From: Hyphochytrium catenoides
Taxonomy: Eukaryota; Protista; Hyphochytriomycota
Length of the DNA stretch: 64,000 bases
Direction of reading: 5' to 3'
Assembly: GCA_900088475.1 (NCBI GenBank)
Contig: FLMG01001651.1
Coordinates: 1-64,000, forward strand
How positions within the stretch are numbered: the first letter of the stretch is position 1; every line of letters begins with the position of its first letter. Shown one piece after another: positions 58,361 through 64,000 of this stretch. Below the pieces are notes generated by a model. That model was not told the DNA's origin. It ran no database searches and saw nothing but the letters and a program-made list of their open reading frames with translations. The translations under genes and the position numbers were made by a program.

Positions 58361-61300
58361 ATGGAGGTGGCAGATCATCCTATGTAAGAGCAGAGGTGTC
58401 AGTGAGATACCAGGTGTGCCGGTGTCCTTATCCACCACTATTGCTCAAGGGTACGGCTAACTGGCGAGAGCAAGGCAACAGAGCATGGTGGATGTTCGGC
58501 ATCATGCCACAAATGGCATCCTCAGTATCTCAACCACGTTGAAGCTTGGACGCGGGAGCATGCTGGGTGACTATACGATCAGGTGAGGGTAACTAAAGCG
58601 AAAGAGCTACATCAGCTTCGCTAATAGAATGCTCTCAGCAACCCCCGCCTCAGCCTGAACCAGGTCCGGCTCGAGCCAAATAAAGAGGTATGGATACCAG
58701 CAACTCCCTCAGCGGCCACCTTCCTACTAGGTGGTTCCCCCTTTCGCCTTTCTCTTTCCATGTCCCGCTTGTAGCCACACGCCGCTCCAGGCAATCAAGA
58801 GGTTCATTGTTTTGTCTTCCCTTTGGTCTTCAGGGTAGCCTCTTGCTGACGTGTCTGGGCACTCGACCTAGCCTTTGGATCAAGAAGGGAACGGACCAGG
58901 TCTCTCGTATTCTCTTTAACGAGAGTGTCAGGTTGCATCCCGGGTAAGGGCAGTGCACGAGAGTTCTCTAACACCGCCGATCGCGAGACCTGCAGTTTCA
59001 GACAAATGTTGACATTTGTTTACGCGCTTTGCCTGATCTCCTTCCGCCGTCATGCATGATACTTGTCACTTGTCTGATTGAGCTAGTCAACATGGTATAC
59101 CGCGCACTCATAGAAGTTCTACACAGTGACAGCTTTTTTCTTGGGGACGATAAGAGTGAGTGCTTTGAAGTGTGCCAGGACACAGCTACCAAAGTGCAGA
59201 ATGTTGCTGGAAAGGGCAAAGATGCCGGAGAAACAAGCGGAGAAGCTTGGTCCCAGTCTTTATCGCAATACTCCTATAGTAGCGCACAGAGCGCTGAGAA
59301 ACCAATGTATAAAGGAGGAGAGGATGACCCAGCGACACCACTGGTGAAAAATGGAAAGAGGAAGGCGAAAAGAGCGGTAGTGGACTCCGATGAAGAAGAG
59401 TTAGACGAAGAAGAGAGCCCCAAAGTCGGCAGAAGCACTAGAAATGAAGACGAAGAAGACAACTTAAGGCTCATTGATCTCACTGTCGCTGAAAAAGAGG
59501 CGAAGCCTCAGAATGGAAAGCTGAAGATGCCACAAATTTCTTCTTCTGGGTGGATTAAGATACCCCCAAAGACGAGCAGAGACGTTCTAAAGCAAAGCCG
59601 GAAGAGCAAAAAGAAAGAAAAAAAGAGCAAGGGAAAAGGTCGGTACTTAGAGGGCCGCTGTTGTTTCTTCTAACTGACTCACAACCCTTTTTGGCCGTGA
59701 TAGGTACATCCTCTAGAGGATCCAGGAAGTGGGTTATTGATTCTGATGAAGAAGATTCTGAGGTGGAGGAAGTCAAGGAGGATGCCGAGGAAGAAATCGT
59801 CGTGTCTGACAATGACACTGATTCGTCTGGTCCGGGAGATGATGTCTTCGAAGAAGAAGAGGAGGAGGAAGAGAATCGGTTTGTTGCTAACATTTTGAAC
59901 CGCTGCGCTACGCTTTCTGCTAAGATGAGAAGTCTGCTGGATCTCCGTGAGGCGGACGGTGAGTTGGCATACTTGTTCCCTGCACGTGATCCTCGTTTAG
60001 GCCGCTATTTGCACGTGAGTTGAGGTATTGAACTTGCGTTAGCAGCACCTGCCGGCACAGCGATGATTCCTACGCTCACTTGTCTCCTTGGACCTTAAGC
60101 TATAACGTCCTGACTTTCTGACTGTCTTTTTCTCTAGGGGACGCCAGGACCAACGCCACGTCATTAGACCCTTCAAAAGTCAGCACGACACTTGTCTCTC
60201 AAGAAGATATCTTTGGACTCTCGCCCTCTCTTCGACTGAAGTCCTACCAGTTAGTCGGTGTCAACTGGCTGCTGACTCTCCACCGCCAAGGAGTAAGTGG
60301 CGTCTTGGCGGATGAGATGGGCCTCGGAAAGACGGTTCAGACTATTGCTTTTCTGGCGCTGTTAAACACGATGGAGATGAAGTCCGGAGAGCGAAAAGGT
60401 CGGGTACTTGTCTCCGCAATCGTCGTTTTACCTTCATCCAATGCTGCAGCTCCCACATTCTCAAACTTGTTTACCGTCTCCTCCCTTCCCTTCCATGACA
60501 GGCCCCCATCTAGTCGTAGTGCCAGCTAGTGTCCTGACTAACTGGAAGCTGGAGATTCAGAAGTTCTGTCCGGTGCTCCGAGTGGAGGTGTATCACGGTT
60601 AGAAGCTCACTTATCTCGAGATCATTCTTTCTAGCGTCATTTCTCTCTTACCGGCTTATGCGGCTTTACTTCACTTTGAACTCGCCGTAGGCCTGCAGAA
60701 AGAGCGTTACGAGATTCAAGATAGAATCAGAAGCGATGAGGATTTCGATATACTCCTGACTACGTACTCTTACTTTGAGCGGGACGCCTGCAAAGATGAT
60801 AGGTGAGCCACATCATTGGAACTTTATGGAGGGAGTAGAGTCAACGATCCCTACTGGACTTCTATAACTCTGCTGGCTGTGGAGTGTGCACGTGCTCCTG
60901 CGGTGTGCGAACTCTCTAAGCTAGGGGTGGCATTGTCTTTCTTTAACATACTTATTGCGACAGCTACAAGCTGCTCCTATTCCTGAAGCGAACCCCTTAC
61001 GTGCTCTTTCTTCAGTGGGGAGTCCTCCGCCAACTAACGTTTCGAGGAAGCTCAGCCTCACCTCTCCTTAGCGGCTATCCTTCGCTGACCTCTTTCAACT
61101 CCACGATACCTCACAGGAGCTGGCTACGACGGTTCTCTTTTGGGTACATGGTCCTGGACGAAGGTCACAGCGTGAAAAATAGCAAGAGTTCACGTTTTAC
61201 GCGCCTCATGGCTGTCAACTCGTCTCACCGGCTGCTTCTCTCTGGGACGCCGGTCCAGAACGCGCTCAGTGAACTACTATCCATCCTGACCTTCATCATG

Positions 61301-64000
61301 CCCAGCATATTTGATTGTGGCAGGTAGGGGTTTACTTCCTAGGCAGATTGAAGATACGCCCCCCACTGTCAATCTTTGCAAACTAAAGGGCTTTGTCCTT
61401 TCCCAAAGAACACGATTTTGGCTCTTTCTATCATTTACTGCCGATGATCCTCTTTTTCTGCGTTGGGAAGGGATGCGTTGTATCCAGTTTCCGCTTTACT
61501 CTCTTTGATCAATGCTTTCCCATGCTGTCTGCTTCCGTCTATTTTGCTGCCTCTTTCTCCTCTGTCAATATGCGTGTCCGACTCTCAACTGCTGCCCGTT
61601 CTTCCTTGTTGTTTCCCCTCTCTCCCTTGTTGTTTCCCCTCTCTGTCCTTTCGCGTTTTTCCTTCTCTCTCCTCCTGTCCTCTCCTTTAACTATACTATG
61701 TCATGTCCCCTAAAGTGAGAAGTTTCAAGAGTGGTTCAATTCTGCGGCGGATCAGGCCGAGAGGCTGCAGCAAATCAAAACAATTTTGGGTACGTGCCAA
61801 CTCAGATAACGTATCTCTAGTCACTACCGTGTACACACAGATGATGTGACCTCTATAGTCCTTTGTTTTGCAATACCCACCAGATGCTGTATGCCTTCCA
61901 GGCCATCGTTCTTGCTCTTCCTTGGCTATACATCCTTAGTTAGGCCGGGTCTGTTGATTCTCTTCAATCTCCTCCAGCGCCTTTCGTTCTTCGCAGACTA
62001 AAGGCGGAAGTGCTGGATCAGCTCCCTGGGAAGAACGTGCGTGTTGAAATGATCTCTATGGATTCGCAGCAGCAAGAACTCTACACAGCTATTCTTAAGA
62101 GAGAAGCGGAGAAAAGGAAAGAACGTGGAAAGACTGCTCCAACTGCTGGAAAAGGAGAGAATCAACGCGAAGAGAACGGAGATAAAGAGCCAGTAAGGCG
62201 GAAGCGCCAGAGAACAGGGATTCTAAGGTCACTTTACGTCTCTTACAAATGCTCTAGCGCCTGCAACTCAAGATCATCGGGTTCCGACACCTTGCTCTGC
62301 ATACAATTCTCCCTTTGACAGACCGTTATTCTTAGCACTCTTCCCCTTTCTATAGAGAGCTGGCCAGTCTACAAGACGGACTTTCTACAAATAGAAAAGT
62401 AAAGAGCAAGTCCCAGGAGCCTTCAGCGAACGAAGTAAAGCATCTTTTTACAGAGCTGAGGAAGGCATCGAACCATCCGTTGCTGCTACGGACCAGGTTG
62501 ATCTTTTTTCCTCTAACATTACCGAACGCCCGCTGGGTCCTGACCTACAGCTGCTCTTATCTTCAAACTGCCTGTCTTGTTAATGTTCCCCCATCCTCGA
62601 GGAAACTGCTACTGACCTTTAGCAGCAGCATGCCTGTATCCTCTCTCCAAGCTCCCTGGTATCTGTGAGGTCCCTATGTATTGCGCCTTTTGCTAACTGC
62701 CTTTCCACAGATATGTAGACCCGGAAACTCTTAAATCTATGGCCGAGGCGCTACAAGCTCGGGGAGCCTTTGGGAATAGCTGCACGGTAGCGATGGTTCT
62801 GCGAGAGATTGAAGGCTATAGCGATTTTCAGCTCCATTCTCTATGTGTCGAATACAGACTTACCCAATGGCAGCTCCCTAAAGAGGTAAGAGGAGGGGAG
62901 TACGTGGAGATAGGAGGCCAAACATTGGAGCCAAACCCCAGCATTGACCTTCAGGCTGAACAGCAAAGCTTGAGAATGTGACATCTGTTGCTTCTTCAAA
63001 CTGACGTTGCCATTCCAGGCACTATTGCGGTCATGTAAGCTCGACTTCCTGAAGGGCTACTTGCCCACCCTGCAGAAGCAGGGAAGAAGGGTCTTGCTCT
63101 TCTCCCAGTGGACAAAGCTTCTTGATCTGTTAGAAATATTTATGGGGCACATGCAGGTAAGGGCAAGTAGACTTGAGGAGGCTGTGGAGATTCTAGTAGT
63201 AGCTCTCTTGCTCAGATTGATCCTGCCATCGATCCTACCTCTGTTTCTTTATCTGATTCTATGGACTTGTTGGGACTTCCTTCGTCGTTCTACGGTCACG
63301 ATTCTTCTGAAAAAGAAACCCCATACATCGCTACCTGCAGAAAACTTACTTCTTGCGAATTTCTGGATAGTTCCAATACCTTCGTCTGGATGGTCAAACC
63401 GCTGTGTCTGAGCGACAGGATCTGATCGATAAGTTTACTAAGGATAAGGACATTTTCATCTTCCTTCTCTCAACTAGAGCCGGCGGTCTAGGACTCAACC
63501 TTACAGCGGCAGGTATCATGCAGGACCACGTCCTAGCTAGACAGTCTTTTTTCGCTTGAACAACCAAGAATAGTTTCGCACTTCTCTTCCTGTCAGCTTT
63601 TGTGCATCTCATGGGCACGTGGACAGCCTTCACACTAACGCAGGCATCATAACCCTTTGTGTTTCTTCATTATCTCCCGAATTATTATCCCCCTTGCTTC
63701 CAGACACAGTCATCTTACACGACCTGGACTTCAATCCGCACAACGATAGACAGGTAAGGAAAGACTTTCCCATAATACCTAGCGAATTTTCTGCCATTTA
63801 GAAGCGTTGGGACCGAGTATAAGTTAGAGGAGATGCGGCAATGCAAGCTCAACGCGCACAATGTTCAACAATCACCATGCATCCCTTTGCACCGCCAGTA
63901 ACAAATCTGTTCTCTTCATCATTAACTTGCCAGGCGGAGGACCGGTGTCATCGCATTGGTCAAACCCGCGATGTGACGGTGATAAAGCTCGTCACAATTG
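58361..64000 (+). CDS. SMARCAD1: SNF2-family remodeller SMARCAD1/Fun30/ETL1 with an N-terminal FHA domain; runs off the window end
   Basis: [101 protein letters not shown], which is typical of the Fun30 subfamily. Start is 58361 or 58485. Confidence 0.93.

Noticed and set aside
61604-61644. 21-bp-period tandem duplication in a SMARCAD1 intron
   Set aside because: Ordinary slippage in a pyrimidine tract.
1-64000. Genome-wide alternative genetic code (UGA=Cys or Trp)
   Set aside because: Conserved exons translate with the standard code, long Cys/Trp-containing ORFs have no TGA, and TGA appears to end NDUFA13 and the SNARE.
1-64000. CRISPR arrays, rRNA genes, operons or prokaryotic defence systems
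   Set aside because: This is eukaryotic spliced DNA, and no repeat-spacer arrays or rRNA-like sequence were seen.

Overview
Intron-rich nuclear DNA from a microbial eukaryote. It is probably a stramenopile/SAR-type protist, inferred mainly from the GPCR-PIP-kinase fusion gene. The six-frame ORFs are mostly exon fragments, so I built gene models by hand from GT/GC-AG sites; many boundaries are approximate. From about 26.7 to 64 kb the window is compact and mostly housekeeping: a 7TM orphan, a small ER-type protein, a CFA-synthase-like gene, HDHD5, condensin NCAPH, GPCR-PIPK, a Qc-SNARE, VPS41, PSMA4 and SMARCAD1/Fun30. From 1 to 26.7 kb it is an accessory-like region. There NDUFA13 and COQ3 sit among about 10 related copies of an unrecognised multi-pass membrane-protein family, most of them decayed, plus LTR-retrotransposon relics. 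One copy extends into a ~2,000-aa protein with an internally repeated helical domain. Highlights are (1) this birth-and-death membrane family, (2) an in-frame TGA exactly at the last zinc-ligand Cys of the VPS41 RING-H2, (3) an APLF/PNKP-type FHA domain fused to SMARCAD1, (4) a frame-intact CFA synthase that has lost its catalytic and SAM motifs, and (5) a SNARE with an RG/YG repeat N-terminus. All homologies were judged by eye; no searches were run.
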